A DNA stretch of 53,967 nt from Candidatus Peregrinibacteria bacterium (GCA_037138215.1 JBAXIU010000003.1:1-53967); one strand, 5' to 3'. Positions 1 through 9,538 are shown, numbered from the stretch's first letter. Translations and numbers: made by a program. Notes: generated by a model not told the origin, from the sequence alone.

Positions 1-70
1 AACTCCTCCTCATTTTAATTCACTCTGTTGCACTTCGAATTAAAATCTAGGTTTTTATACAGTATAAATA

Positions 71-688
71 ATGGCTTTTTCCCTTTCTTCTTTCTCGGCA
101 CTTTTTTTTGACTTAGACGGAACACTCTTAAAAGGGAGTGATGTCCATTTTCAGCAGTGCGTTTTAGAGACCGGAAAAGACTTTGGAATTGAAACGCATA
201 TTCCCCGAGGAATGTCACTCCGGTATTTTTTACGCCTGTCGTTTCCCGAAAAAGACGAAGAATTTATAGAGCAATTTCAGGAAGAGAATAAAAAACGAAT
301 GCTTTCTACCGATCGTCCAGTGGAATTTTTTGAGGATGTTGCCCCCTTTTTGCAAAATCTTCCGCCTATTCCCCGTGCGATTGTGACGAATTGTATGGCG
401 TTTGAAGTGGACCTTACCCTTCGTCATGTCCATTTATACGAGCATTTTGAGACGATTATTTCTCGCTCTACCCCAGGAATTGAAAGAGGAAAACCACATC
501 CGGATATGTACGAAAAAGCAGCAGAATACTTGAGTGTTTCACCAAAAACCTGCATCGCGTTTGAAGACAGCGAAACAGGGCTAGAATCTGCCAAAGGCGC
601 GGGAATGTTTACCGTAGCGCTCGATCGCCATGGAGATTTAGATACGAGACTGGCGGACAAAGTGATCACCAGCTTTGCCGATTTTTAA
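71..688 (+). CDS. HAD-family phosphatase (beta-PGM/CbbY-like, subfamily IA)
   Basis: Motif I FDLDGTL, motif II IVTN, motifs III/IV GKPHPD...FEDSETG. Confidence 0.9.
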   Translation: MAFSLSSFSALFFDLDGTLLKGSDVHFQQCVLETGKDFGIETHIPRGMSLRYFLRLSFPEKDEEFIEQFQEENKKRMLSTDRPVEFFEDVAPFLQNLPPIPRAIVTNCMAFEVDLTLRHVHLYEHFETIISRSTPGIERGKPHPDMYEKAAEYLSVSPKTCIAFEDSETGLESAKGAGMFTVALDRHGDLDTRLADKVITSFADF

Positions 689-699
689 GCTGCAAGAAA

Positions 700-2226
700 T
701 TATTTCAAAATCTCGATCCCCCTCTTTATTCTTGACATACTCCGTTCTTTTCCAAAAATTTCTAACAGTTCAAAAGTCCCGGGACTAAATTCTTCGCCGG
801 AAAGAGCAACGCGAAGCGGGTAAAGCACAAATCCGTTTTTCAGTTCTGCCAATCCAACGCGGTCTATAAAAAATGTTTTGAGGGATTCTATACTCCACTC
901 TCCAACATATTCCTCCAAACACTGGAGGGAAAATTGGAGTGAATCTTGAACATTCTCCACATTGGTTCCCATTTTTTTATGCACAAAAATCTCTGGAGAA
1001 TACAAAAGTGCACTCTCTTCCACAAAAAAGAAGCGAATAAATTCTGGCACTTCGGAGAGCTTTTTGGTGCGCTCCTGTACGAGAGAAAGAGCTTTTTGAA
1101 AGAACATAGGATCATTAGTATAAGCCTTTTTGATAAACGCTCCACTTCCTATTTCGTCCGCCTCTACATACTTTGCTTCAGGAGCCTTTCTTAAATCTTT
1201 TTTTAGCAATCTATTGGGATAATAATGATTCAATATAACTTCTTCAAACTCTTCCAGCGATTTCTGCCGAATGTACTGCCCATTCAGCCAGAGGAGTTTT
1301 TCCAAATCAAACACCGCTCCGCCCTTATGAACCCTTTCAAGCGAAAATTCTTGCACCAATTCGTCAAGAGAAAAAATCTCTTTTTCGTCAGCCGTGTTCC
1401 AGCCCACCAATGCTAAAAAATTTATGAGCGCTTCGGGCAAAAACCCTTCGTTCAGGTAGTCATCCACCGAAACCTTATTTTTGCGTTTGGAAAGTTTGGA
1501 TTTATCAGCATTAAGAATAAGGGGCAGATGTGCATAGAAAGGAATTTCCCAGCCAAAAGCCTCAAATAAGAGAATCTGCTTGGGGGTGTTAGAAATGTGA
1601 TCTTCTCCACGAATAACATGAGAAATCTCCATTTCTGCATCATCCACCACTACACAAAAATTATACAGGGGCGTCTCTAAATTTTTTGCTATTACAAAGT
1701 CATCCAACTCTTTGGCGGAAATTTTTACCTCTCCCCGCACGAGATCCTGAAAAACAATATCATGCGCTTCTGCCGGAATACGAAACCGAATAACACTTTT
1801 TTCTCCATTTTTAAGACGGTTTTCAACTTCTTCCTCTGAAATATTTCGGCAGGTTTCGGGGTACCGGAATGCGCGTTTCTCGTTTTGCGCTTTTTCCCGA
1901 AGCGCATCTAATTCTTGTGCAGTACAAAAACAATGGTACGCCTTCCCTTCTTCCAGCAATTTTTGGAGATGTTTTTTATACATTTCTGTGCGTTCACTCT
2001 GACGAATAACGGCCCCATCCCAAGACAGCCCCAGCTTTTGAAGCCCTTCGGTAATATCCATTTCGTATTCCTTTTGAGATCGCTCTTTGTCGGTATCTTC
2101 CATGCGAAGAATAATTTTCCCGCCATGCTTTTTGGCAAAGAGATAATTATACAATGCCGTGCGAGCGGTTCCCACATGGAGAAGTCCCGTAGGAGAAGGT
2201 GGAATACGAACAACAATGTCTTTCAT
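700..2226 (-). CDS. gltX: Glutamate--tRNA ligase
   Basis: RIPPSPTGLLHVG (HIGH), LRMEDTD, RGEDH, KLSKR (KMSKS). Start moved to ATG at 2226 (MKDIVVR). Confidence 0.96.
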   Translation of the reverse strand: MKDIVVRIPPSPTGLLHVGTARTALYNYLFAKKHGGKIILRMEDTDKERSQKEYEMDITEGLQKLGLSWDGAVIRQSERTEMYKKHLQKLLEEGKAYHCFCTAQELDALREKAQNEKRAFRYPETCRNISEEEVENRLKNGEKSVIRFRIPAEAHDIVFQDLVRGEVKISAKELDDFVIAKNLETPLYNFCVVVDDAEMEISHVIRGEDHISNTPKQILLFEAFGWEIPFYAHLPLILNADKSKLSKRKNKVSVDDYLNEGFLPEALINFLALVGWNTADEKEIFSLDELVQEFSLERVHKGGAVFDLEKLLWLNGQYIRQKSLEEFEEVILNHYYPNRLLKKDLRKAPEAKYVEADEIGSGAFIKKAYTNDPMFFQKALSLVQERTKKLSEVPEFIRFFFVEESALLYSPEIFVHKKMGTNVENVQDSLQFSLQCLEEYVGEWSIESLKTFFIDRVGLAELKNGFVLYPLRVALSGEEFSPGTFELLEIFGKERSMSRIKRGIEILK

Positions 2227-2230
2227 ACGC

Positions 2231-2265
2231 AAAAAAAAAGCCCCTGGAGTATACCAAGGGCTTTT
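2231..2265 (-). terminator. Intrinsic terminator-like hairpin whose loop is a -10-like hexamer (TATACT)
   Basis: Minus strand GCCCTTGG-TATACT-CCAGGGGC followed by T9, ending 4 nt before the gltX ATG. Confidence 0.6.
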
Positions 2266-2281
2266 AAAAAAAGAGAGGGGA

Positions 2282-2698
2282 TTATTTCTTTTGAGTTGCT
2301 GCAGGTGCCTGATCGGCAGGAGCTTGCTGTCCTGCGGCTGCTTTTTGCTCTGCGTCTTTTTGAGCCGCTTCTTTTGCCTTTGCATATTCAGCAATAAGGG
2401 CTTTGATTTCATCTTGCGTATAATTTTTCTCTAAATTTTTTCCCAAAAGGAACGCCATTTGATCAAGATTTTGATTCAGGGTTCCAAAGTTTCCATTGAG
2501 CTCTTTTACGAGTTCTGGAGAGAGGTCGGTGGCAGATATCTTTTTAGAAGATTCTGCTACTACTGGAGCTTTTTCAGAGTCTCCATTTTTAATATCCTGA
2601 TGGATAAGGAAGAGCATTCCCGCAATAGCAAAGGCGGCAATAATTCCCATCGCTCCAACAATTTCCAAAACAACATTCGAATCGTGCTTGTACAGCAT
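2282..2698 (-). CDS. Hypothetical single-pass membrane protein
   Basis: One N-terminal hydrophobic helix, then a coiled/low-complexity A/Q/K-rich tail. Likely start ATG 2698 (MLYKHD). Confidence 0.7.
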   Translation of the reverse strand: MLYKHDSNVVLEIVGAMGIIAAFAIAGMLFLIHQDIKNGDSEKAPVVAESSKKISATDLSPELVKELNGNFGTLNQNLDQMAFLLGKNLEKNYTQDEIKALIAEYAKAKEAAQKDAEQKAAAGQQAPADQAPAATQKK

Positions 2699-2733
2699 AA
2701 AAAAAGAAAAAAAGGACAAAAACGGGTGGTATT

Positions 2734-3384
2734 CTACCCGGAATACGGAACAATTGCAATATTCATTGTGATGGGAGTAACAGGCTTATCGTTTGCTCCG
2801 GTTTCTACCTCAGCAATAGATTTTACCACTTCCATCCCTTTAAACACTTGCCCAAAAACGGTGTATGTATTCTCTGGAAGATTTTTAGTCTTAAAATTAT
2901 CAACCTCATTAATAAAGAACTGAGAGCCATTGGTATTGGGACCACTGTTCGCCATAGCCAACGCCCCTGCAATATTTTTTCGTTTGGGAGAAAATTCGTC
3001 AGCAAAAGGTTTTCCCCAAATACTTTCTCCTCCTGTCCCTGTTCCCAACGGATCTCCTCCTTGGATCATAAATCCATTTATAACACGATGAAAAATAAGA
3101 CCATTATAGTACCCTTTTTGAGCATGGGTTTTAAAATTTTCTACTGCTTTGGGAGCCTCTTTCGGAAAAAGACGGAGGTATACATCCCCTTTTTCGGTTT
3201 TAATAATGGCAATTTCTTCTCCTTTCATGGGCATATCCGTTTGAACAGAAGAGACAGTGTTTTGGGTAATTTCTCCAGAGGACCGTTGCGCCTCATAGGT
3301 AGAATCAGTATTACTCGTTCCTCCCCATGAACACCCCGTAAGGAGCAGGAGGCAAGAAAGAGTGGAAAAAAGGGTTCTCGACAT
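2734..3384 (-). CDS. Cyclophilin-type peptidyl-prolyl isomerase, lipoprotein
   Basis: FHRVINGFMIQGGDP, LAMANSGPNTNGSQFFI; lipobox LLLTGC. Confidence 0.95.
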   Translation of the reverse strand: MSRTLFSTLSCLLLLTGCSWGGTSNTDSTYEAQRSSGEITQNTVSSVQTDMPMKGEEIAIIKTEKGDVYLRLFPKEAPKAVENFKTHAQKGYYNGLIFHRVINGFMIQGGDPLGTGTGGESIWGKPFADEFSPKRKNIAGALAMANSGPNTNGSQFFINEVDNFKTKNLPENTYTVFGQVFKGMEVVKSIAEVETGANDKPVTPITMNIAIVPYSG

Positions 3385-3403
3385 ACAAAAAGGGGTAAAA
3401 GAT

Positions 3404-3570
3404 TTCCCCCTTGATAAGGGGGGATAAAGGGGGGTTGGAATTAAGAATGTTCCGTCACTCTCGAGGAACGAAGCAGCCTCGTATAAAGAATTACAAATTA
3501 CAAGTGATGGAACAAAAAGAAAATCTGTAGGGCCGTGCCCTTTTCGTCATTGAGATCCCGCTAGCGGGAG
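3404..3570. repeat. Intergenic mosaic of short repeat units
   Basis: TTCCCCCTTGATAAGGGGGG..GGGGGG (similar to dnaE 45261), GAATTAAGAAT and GAATTACAAATTACAA heptamers, GTCACTCTCGAGGAACGAAGCA (3454-3475; identical in reverse complement to 22881-22902), GTAGGGCCGTGCCC remnant. Confidence 0.8.
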
Positions 3571-3585
3571 AAGTAATCCCATACA

Positions 3586-3999
3586 TTACAGAGCCTTTTG
3601 AGGTTTAGCACCGGGAGTTTCCTCTGGAATTTTACAGGTAACCGTACACTGGTATCCATTATTTTCACCCTGAATTTGAAAAGTAGAAGCGGTTTTTAAG
3701 CCGATATTCCCGTCCGGAGAAACAGGTTTTAATCCTGTCTTTCCTCCTAATTCTCCAGCAGGAATTTTTTCAAGCCCAGGAGATGCAAGAGGAGAAACAA
3801 TAGGAATAGGCGATTCTTCTTTTTTCCCCACTTGCGCTTCTCTGTTTTCTAATCGGGCTTTTTTTAGCAGTGCTTCTTCTCCTGCGGTATCTAAAGCATC
3901 CTGATGCTGTGCTTCAAATTGCTGTTGGTCTGGGTTTTCTCCAATACTGCAGCCAGAAAAGAGAAAAACACCAAAGATGAGAAGGAGTGAGGATTTCAT
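3586..3999 (-). CDS. Hypothetical lipoprotein
   Basis: MKSSLLLIFGVFLFSGC lipobox from ATG 3999. Confidence 0.75.
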   Translation of the reverse strand: MKSSLLLIFGVFLFSGCSIGENPDQQQFEAQHQDALDTAGEEALLKKARLENREAQVGKKEESPIPIVSPLASPGLEKIPAGELGGKTGLKPVSPDGNIGLKTASTFQIQGENNGYQCTVTCKIPEETPGAKPQKAL

Positions 4000-4071
4000 A
4001 AACAAAAGAAAGAGCTCAAAGTGGAGTATACAAAAAATTTCTTCCACCACCAACATTCTGTTTTTAAAAAA

Positions 4072-5064
4072 TTACAGCGTTTCCTCTGCAATTTCTACCG
4101 CGTTTAATGCGGCTCCGCGTAAAAGCTGATCTCCGCACACAAAAAAGTCGAGTCCAAAGTCTCCAAAAACATCGTTTTTACGAAGGCGTCCCACCTCTAC
4201 ATTATATTTTTTGGTAGCATTTAAAGGCATGGGATATTCCCTTTTTTCGGGATTATCTACGAGGTCTACCCCTGGAGCCGCGGATAAAATTTCTCGAATT
4301 TTTTCAATATTTACCGGTTTTTCGGTTTCAATAGTCACGCTTTCGGCGTGCGCGCGAAATGTGGGAATGCGGACGGCGGTACAAGAAATGGGGAGGCTTG
4401 GGAGATTAAAAATTTTTCGGGTTTCCCAAGTTACCTTCATTTCTTCTTTGGTATATCCATTGGACTGAAAAACATCTATCTGCGGAATGAGATTAAAAGG
4501 AATAGGGTGCGCAAAAACTTCATTTTTTACAAGTCCTCCTGCTAAAAAGTGGCGGGTTTCAGTCTCCAATTCTGCCATTCCAGCAGCTCCTGCTCCACTA
4601 GTGGCTTGGTAAGTAGAAACAATGACTCTTTTGAGTCCCAATTCTTGGTAAATGGGGAAAAGTGGCATACCCAAAATAGCCGTGGTACAGTTGGGATTCG
4701 CGATGAGTTTATGGTCTCCAATGGCGCTGGCGTTAATAGCGGGAACAATAAGAGGAACAGCATCGTCGTACCGAAAAGCAGAAGAATTATCAATCACCAG
4801 GACTCCTTTTTCTGCAAGATACGGCGCGTGTTCTTTGGAAAAATCTCCTCCCACTGCTAAAAAAAGAATATCGAGTTTTTCCGCTCTTTCTCGAGTAAAT
4901 TCCTCAATAACCATTTCTCCAAAAGGGGTTTTTATAGTTTTCCCCGCGCTCCGCTCGGACGCCAAAAGAACCAACTCAGAAAATGGGAATTTTCGTTCAA
5001 AAAGAACTTGTAACAGTTCTTGTCCTACAGCACCAGTAACGCCCACAATTCCAATTTTTTTCAT
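4072..5064 (-). CDS. asd: Aspartate-semialdehyde dehydrogenase
   Basis: GVTGAVG Rossmann motif, IDNSSAFR, ANPNCTT (catalytic Cys), STYQATSGAG, DQLLRGAALN. Start ATG 5064. Confidence 0.97.
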   Translation of the reverse strand: MKKIGIVGVTGAVGQELLQVLFERKFPFSELVLLASERSAGKTIKTPFGEMVIEEFTRERAEKLDILFLAVGGDFSKEHAPYLAEKGVLVIDNSSAFRYDDAVPLIVPAINASAIGDHKLIANPNCTTAILGMPLFPIYQELGLKRVIVSTYQATSGAGAAGMAELETETRHFLAGGLVKNEVFAHPIPFNLIPQIDVFQSNGYTKEEMKVTWETRKIFNLPSLPISCTAVRIPTFRAHAESVTIETEKPVNIEKIREILSAAPGVDLVDNPEKREYPMPLNATKKYNVEVGRLRKNDVFGDFGLDFFVCGDQLLRGAALNAVEIAEETL

Positions 5065-5247
5065 GAGAGAGATAAAAACGAGAGTATTACAATGGTTTTT
5101 GAGAAAAAATTCAAGGGGCAAAGGGGGGTTTTGGTGAGAAAAAATGTTTTTTAAAAATGCTCTTGACAAGCCACAGGGGGGGTAAATTGGCGTCTTCTTT
5201 TTTCTGAGGATCAAAAAGGAGAAGTTTTATCATTTTTTTACTTTTTT

Positions 5248-5541
5248 ATGTTAGAAAAAGACCCGACAATACCCCAAGCAGCTACTGCTCATCCTGATAA
5301 CACGCTCGTAGCTTCAAGAATTATTACAATAACAGCTAATCGTGTACTTGAATCTGATAGAGATGACATTACAAATAGGATTTCGCGGGCTGTTTCAGGG
5401 GAGATTCGGGGCGTTACTTTCCTTTCTATGAATCAAGCCGGATTAGGAGAAAATCTATTTTTTAATATCCCAGAAGATGCGGATGAAGCGCAAGAATCTG
5501 AGATAAGGATGCAACTCAAAGCGCTTCTTAAGCTGTATTGA
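5248..5541 (+). CDS. Hypothetical protein (97 aa)
   Basis: ATG after a T-rich leader; no overlap with other genes; no recognised motif. Confidence 0.55.
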   Translation: MLEKDPTIPQAATAHPDNTLVASRIITITANRVLESDRDDITNRISRAVSGEIRGVTFLSMNQAGLGENLFFNIPEDADEAQESEIRMQLKALLKLY

Positions 5542-5593
5542 TGGAAAAAGTGGGGTGGTAAAAATAGTGTTAATCGTTAAGGTGTAATTTTCT

Positions 5594-5626
5594 GTATTGG
5601 GCGTGATTCATCCGTCGCGCCCTTTT
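5594..5626 (+). repeat. GTATTGGG-type hairpin repeat, possible terminator
   Basis: GTATTGGGCGTGA-ttcatccg-TCGCGCCC-TTTT; related copy at 35450-35483. Confidence 0.55.
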
Positions 5627-5675
5627 GTTTAGTATTTATATTTTTTGAAACGAAAATCCAAAAAAATGGGTCACC

Positions 5676-5703
5676 GTAGAGCCGTTGCATGCAACGGCTC
5701 TAC
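5676..5703. repeat. GTAG-type REP palindrome (family A)
   Basis: Perfect 28-bp palindrome GTAGAGCCGTTGCATGCAACGGCTCTAC; supplies the trpD TAG stop. Confidence 0.93.
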
Positions 5704-6719
5704 ACCTTTATATTTCTCAATTCTTCGACTTTTCCCCACACTTTTCCGGTATCTATCACTTTTTTCGCCAGTGCCATTCCTTCTAAAAAAGACTCTGCTT
5801 TTCCGGAAATCCAAAACCCAGCACCAGCATTTAAGAGTACAATATCTCGTTTCGCACCGCGAATTTCTCCTCTTAAAATTCCCTCTAAAATTTGGGCGTT
5901 TTCTGGGGGCGTTCCACCTTGTACCTCCTCATGTTTTACACGAGAAATTCCAAAATCCTCAGGAGTGAAAATTCCGGTTTGTATTTCTCCTCCGTTTTGA
6001 AACAGGGCAAATGTGGTGGAATCACAGACGGTTATTTCATCTAATCCATCGTTTCCGTGTACTACCAGGGCAGAAACGCGCCCCAGAGATTGAAGAGCTT
6101 TGGCAATGGGCAATACGAGATCTTGAGAAAAAACGCCGACCACCTGGTGGGTGGGATGCGCGGGATTTACCAATGGTCCCAGAATATTAAAAATGGTTCG
6201 GTGTTCAATTTTTTTGCGAACCGGCATAATAAACCGCATAGCAGGATGGATTTTTTGGGCAAAAAGGAAGGCAATGCCAACGCTCTCTAAAATTTTCCCC
6301 GTTTCTTCGGGCGTGTTTTCCAAAGAAATCCCCAAACACTCCAAAACATCTGCCGACCCACTTTTTGAACTTGCAGCACGGTTTCCGTGTTTTGCAACGG
6401 TTACCCCTCCTCCTGCCAGCACAAATGCAGCGGTAGTAGAAACATTAAAAGTTTTCGCACTCCCACTTCCTCCGGTCCCGCACGAATCAAAAATTTTTGT
6501 CTGGTGCGTGGAGATTTTTGTAGCAACCTTTTCCATTTCTTTTGCAGCACCCGCAATTTCTTCGTCTGTTTCTCCTTTTTGGGAAAGACCCCGCAAAAAA
6601 ATCTCTAAATCTTCTGACGAAACCTGTTCGGCAAAAATATCCCGAAACGCCTCTGCAGATTGGGTTTCAGGAAGATTTCTTCCTGCGGTAATTGCCGTAA
6701 GTGCAGAAAGAAAAGACAA
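5700..6719 (-). CDS. trpD: Anthranilate phosphoribosyltransferase
   Basis: DSCGTGG, FNVSTT, KHGNRAASSKSGSAD, RTIFNILGPL, DGLDE; TTG start. Confidence 0.96.
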   Translation of the reverse strand: MSFLSALTAITAGRNLPETQSAEAFRDIFAEQVSSEDLEIFLRGLSQKGETDEEIAGAAKEMEKVATKISTHQTKIFDSCGTGGSGSAKTFNVSTTAAFVLAGGGVTVAKHGNRAASSKSGSADVLECLGISLENTPEETGKILESVGIAFLFAQKIHPAMRFIMPVRKKIEHRTIFNILGPLVNPAHPTHQVVGVFSQDLVLPIAKALQSLGRVSALVVHGNDGLDEITVCDSTTFALFQNGGEIQTGIFTPEDFGISRVKHEEVQGGTPPENAQILEGILRGEIRGAKRDIVLLNAGAGFWISGKAESFLEGMALAKKVIDTGKVWGKVEELRNIKV

Positions 6720-6740
6720 GACGGAATGACAAAAAGAAAA

Positions 6741-7109
6741 CTAAAGATCGGTAGAGGCAATAGCGTCTCGAAGAGAACCGTAGTGCTCTACAAGGCTCAA
6801 AAAGCCTACCAAATCTAAAATATCCAAAATATGCTGATTCCCTTCAGAGAAAATTATTTTTTTATCTTCCTGGGAAAGTCGGGTGTACATATCGGCAAAA
6901 TATCCGATAACCGTAGAGTTAATAAATTCCAAATCGCGGAGATGAAAAATAAAACATTTCGTTCCCTGTGTTCGCTCTTCATGAAGAGCATTATTAAGAC
7001 TCTCTCGGAATGCGTCTACTGTCTCGCCATCTATTTCGCCCGATAAATAGATGACCTTGAGATGGTCTTTGTTCGGAACATCAATGAGCGATACCTGGTA
7101 GGCTGCCAT
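6741..7109 (-). CDS. STAS-domain anti-sigma-factor antagonist
   Basis: LSGEID...LRDLEFINSTVIG...ILDLVG pattern. Start ATG 7109. Confidence 0.85.
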   Translation of the reverse strand: MAAYQVSLIDVPNKDHLKVIYLSGEIDGETVDAFRESLNNALHEERTQGTKCFIFHLRDLEFINSTVIGYFADMYTRLSQEDKKIIFSEGNQHILDILDLVGFLSLVEHYGSLRDAIASTDL

Positions 7110-7246
7110 AAATTTCAAGAGAAAGATGAGAAAATTCCCATTACTGTACTCTATTTTGAGCAAAAAATCAAGGTTTCGTCAATCTTCTTTTTTATTTTTC
7201 AAAAATTTGGCATGATAAAAGGGATAAATTCTTCATTTCCCCCACT

Positions 7247-8749
7247 ATGTCTCCATTAAAACCTTTTTATATTACGACTTCCATTGCCTATGTAAATGGC
7301 GTTCCCCATGTGGGATTTGCCATGGAAAGTATTGAAGCCGATGTTTTAGCACGATGGGCACGCAAACAAGGACGAGAAACATTTTTTCTCACCGGAACTG
7401 ACGAGCACGGAAGCAAAGTGGCCAAAACCGCAAAAGAACGAGGAATTTTGCCGCAAGAACTCTGTGACGAAAACAGTGCGGAATTCCAAAAATTGGGAAA
7501 CGCACTTACGCTCTCAAACGACGATTTTATTCGCACGACAGATAAAGAAAGACATTGGACATCTGCTCAAAAAATTTGGGAAAAGCTGGCAGAAAATGGG
7601 GACTTAGAAAAACGGGCATATACCGCTCAGTATTGCAGTGGATGCGAAACATTTCTTACGGAAAAAGATTTAGTGGATGGACTTTGCCCTTTTCATAAAG
7701 TGGCGCCCGAAACCGTTTCAGAAGAAAATTATTTTTTTAAGCTTTCCAAATATTCCCAAGAAATTGCAGAACTGCTCCGCACGGACGCATTAAAAATTGT
7801 GCCCGATTTTAGAAAAAATGAGATTTTAAAAATGGCAGAGGAAGGATTTACTGATGTTTCTTTTTCTCGCCCGACCGAAAAAGTGAGTTGGGGAATTCCC
7901 GTTCCCGGAGACTTGTCTCAAACCATGTATGTGTGGTGTGATGCCCTCACAAATTATATTTCGGCATTGGGATATGGCAAAGAGGTAGAGCCGTTGCATG
8001 CAACGGCTCTACCGTTCCAAAAATTCTGGAATTCTGGCGAAGTGGTCCATGTCATTGGAAAAGATATTTTACGATTCCACGCGGGGATTTGGATTGGAAT
8101 GCTTCTTTCTGCCGGTATAAAAACGCCCGACAAAATTTTTGTGCACGGATTTCTTACCAGCGAAGGAGAAAAAATGAGTAAATCGCTCGGGAATGTGGTA
8201 GACCCGTTTTTGGAAGTAGAAAAATATGGAACAGATGCGCTGCGGTATTTTTTACTCCGAGAGGTTCCCGTAGGAAGAGATGCCGATTTTAGTCGCCAGA
8301 GATTTGAGGAAATTTACCAAGCGCATTTGGCAAACGGAATTGGAAATTTGTCATCTCGAGTTCATAAATTGTGCGAACGAAATTCGGTAGAGCCGTTGCA
8401 TGCAACGGCTCTACGCGACGATTTCACCCAAATAATCGCTAAAACCGAAAAAACCGTAACAGAAAAAATGGACGCATTTCTCATTCACGAAGCCATTCAA
8501 GAACTCTTTTTAGTGGTAGATTTTTGTGATAAACGCATGGACGAAGAAAAACCATGGCTTGCCAATGAAGATGGAACCGTAAAAATGGAACTTATGAAGT
8601 CTCTCCTTATTACCCTCCGATGGTTTGCAATGGAATTGGAACCCTTTTTGACCAATACGGCACAAAAAATGAAAAATATGTTTGGGGATAACGGGGAACC
8701 GTTGGGTGAAGGGCAAATGCTGTTTCCGAGGTTAGAGAAACTGGCGTAA
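7247..8749 (+). CDS. metG: Methionine--tRNA ligase (short form) carrying two in-frame REP insertions
   Basis: YVNGVPHVG, TGTDEHG, CSGC..CPFH knuckle, YVWCDAL, GKDILRFH, KMSKS. Confidence 0.97.
   Translation: MSPLKPFYITTSIAYVNGVPHVGFAMESIEADVLARWARKQGRETFFLTGTDEHGSKVAKTAKERGILPQELCDENSAEFQKLGNALTLSNDDFIRTTDKERHWTSAQKIWEKLAENGDLEKRAYTAQYCSGCETFLTEKDLVDGLCPFHKVAPETVSEENYFFKLSKYSQEIAELLRTDALKIVPDFRKNEILKMAEEGFTDVSFSRPTEKVSWGIPVPGDLSQTMYVWCDALTNYISALGYGKEVEPLHATALPFQKFWNSGEVVHVIGKDILRFHAGIWIGMLLSAGIKTPDKIFVHGFLTSEGEKMSKSLGNVVDPFLEVEKYGTDALRYFLLREVPVGRDADFSRQRFEEIYQAHLANGIGNLSSRVHKLCERNSVEPLHATALRDDFTQIIAKTEKTVTEKMDAFLIHEAIQELFLVVDFCDKRMDEEKPWLANEDGTVKMELMKSLLITLRWFAMELEPFLTNTAQKMKNMFGDNGEPLGEGQMLFPRLEKLA
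7985..8012. repeat. REP family A copy inside metG (encodes VEPLHATAL)
   Basis: Identical to 5676-5703; in frame at codon 247. Confidence 0.95.
8387..8414. repeat. REP family A copy inside metG (encodes VEPLHATAL)
   Basis: Identical to 5676-5703; in frame at codon 381. Confidence 0.95.
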
Positions 8750-8752
8750 TGT

Positions 8753-9538
8753 ATGCCCCATATCACCTTTCCCGTTGGCATTTCAATTGGTGAAAACTTT
8801 CTTCCCATTCATTTTTTCTTTGAAGTGCTCGCGTTTTATTTGGGGATTTCGTATTATTATCATTTACGCGCATCTCAAAAAGATCATTTTTCTGAATCGC
8901 AAAGACTCACGCTCCTCGTTTCAGCGTGTATCGGAGCACTTTTGGGCTCTCGTCTTTTAGCGGCACTAGAACACTACCAGTTTTTAGTAGAGCATTTTTC
9001 GTGGTTTTCTCTCACCCAATCTAAAACCATTGTGGGCGGCATTATTGGCGGGTGGATTGGTATTGAAACGGCAAAAAAATTTATGAAGATTACCACCTCC
9101 AGCGGTGACCTTTTCACTTTTCCGCTTATTTTTGCTATTATAGTGGGAAGAATTGGCTGTGCACTTACCGGTGTGTCGGATGGAACCGCGGGAGATCCAT
9201 CCGATTTGCCCTGGGCGTTTGACCAAGGCGATGGAATTGCACGGCACCCAACCGCACTGTACGAAATTTTATTCCTCGGTATTTTTTGGGCTATTTTATT
9301 ACTTTTAAAACAAAAATTTTCGCTCCAAAATGGAGATCTTTTTAAATTTTTTATGGTGGGCTACTCCCTGTGGAGAGTTCTCGTAGAATTTATAAAACCT
9401 GTTGATAGTCTTATTTTTGGATTATCCGCCATCCAAATTGCCTGCGTTTTTGTTCTTCTATATTATGTATGGGTTTTCATAAAACGATTTTATCCCCCTT
9501 TATGCCCGCACAAAGACCATACACCTACTATGACCTAA
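8753..9538 (+). CDS. Prolipoprotein diacylglyceryl transferase (Lgt)-family protein, divergent
   Basis: About 7 TM helices; GRIGC, HPTALYE and RVLVEFIK correspond to Lgt GRxGN, HPSQLYE and RF..EF.R. The usual SFHGG is replaced by TIVGG. Confidence 0.85.
   Translation: MPHITFPVGISIGENFLPIHFFFEVLAFYLGISYYYHLRASQKDHFSESQRLTLLVSACIGALLGSRLLAALEHYQFLVEHFSWFSLTQSKTIVGGIIGGWIGIETAKKFMKITTSSGDLFTFPLIFAIIVGRIGCALTGVSDGTAGDPSDLPWAFDQGDGIARHPTALYEILFLGIFWAILLLLKQKFSLQNGDLFKFFMVGYSLWRVLVEFIKPVDSLIFGLSAIQIACVFVLLYYVWVFIKRFYPPLCPHKDHTPTMT

Noticed and set aside
2227-2412. N-terminal extension of gltX
   Set aside because: It overlaps the upstream gene and a terminator-like hairpin; homology starts at MKDIVVR.
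5163-5188. TTGACA...TAAATT promoter
   Set aside because: The spacer is only 14 nt, so it is not supportable.
5645-5968. Plus-strand ORF containing RRAVACNGST
   Set aside because: It is antisense to trpD and the peptide is only the REP read in another frame.
6751-6770. GTAGAGGCAATAGCGTCTC as a REP remnant in the STAS gene
   Set aside because: The palindrome is weak and compatible with chance.
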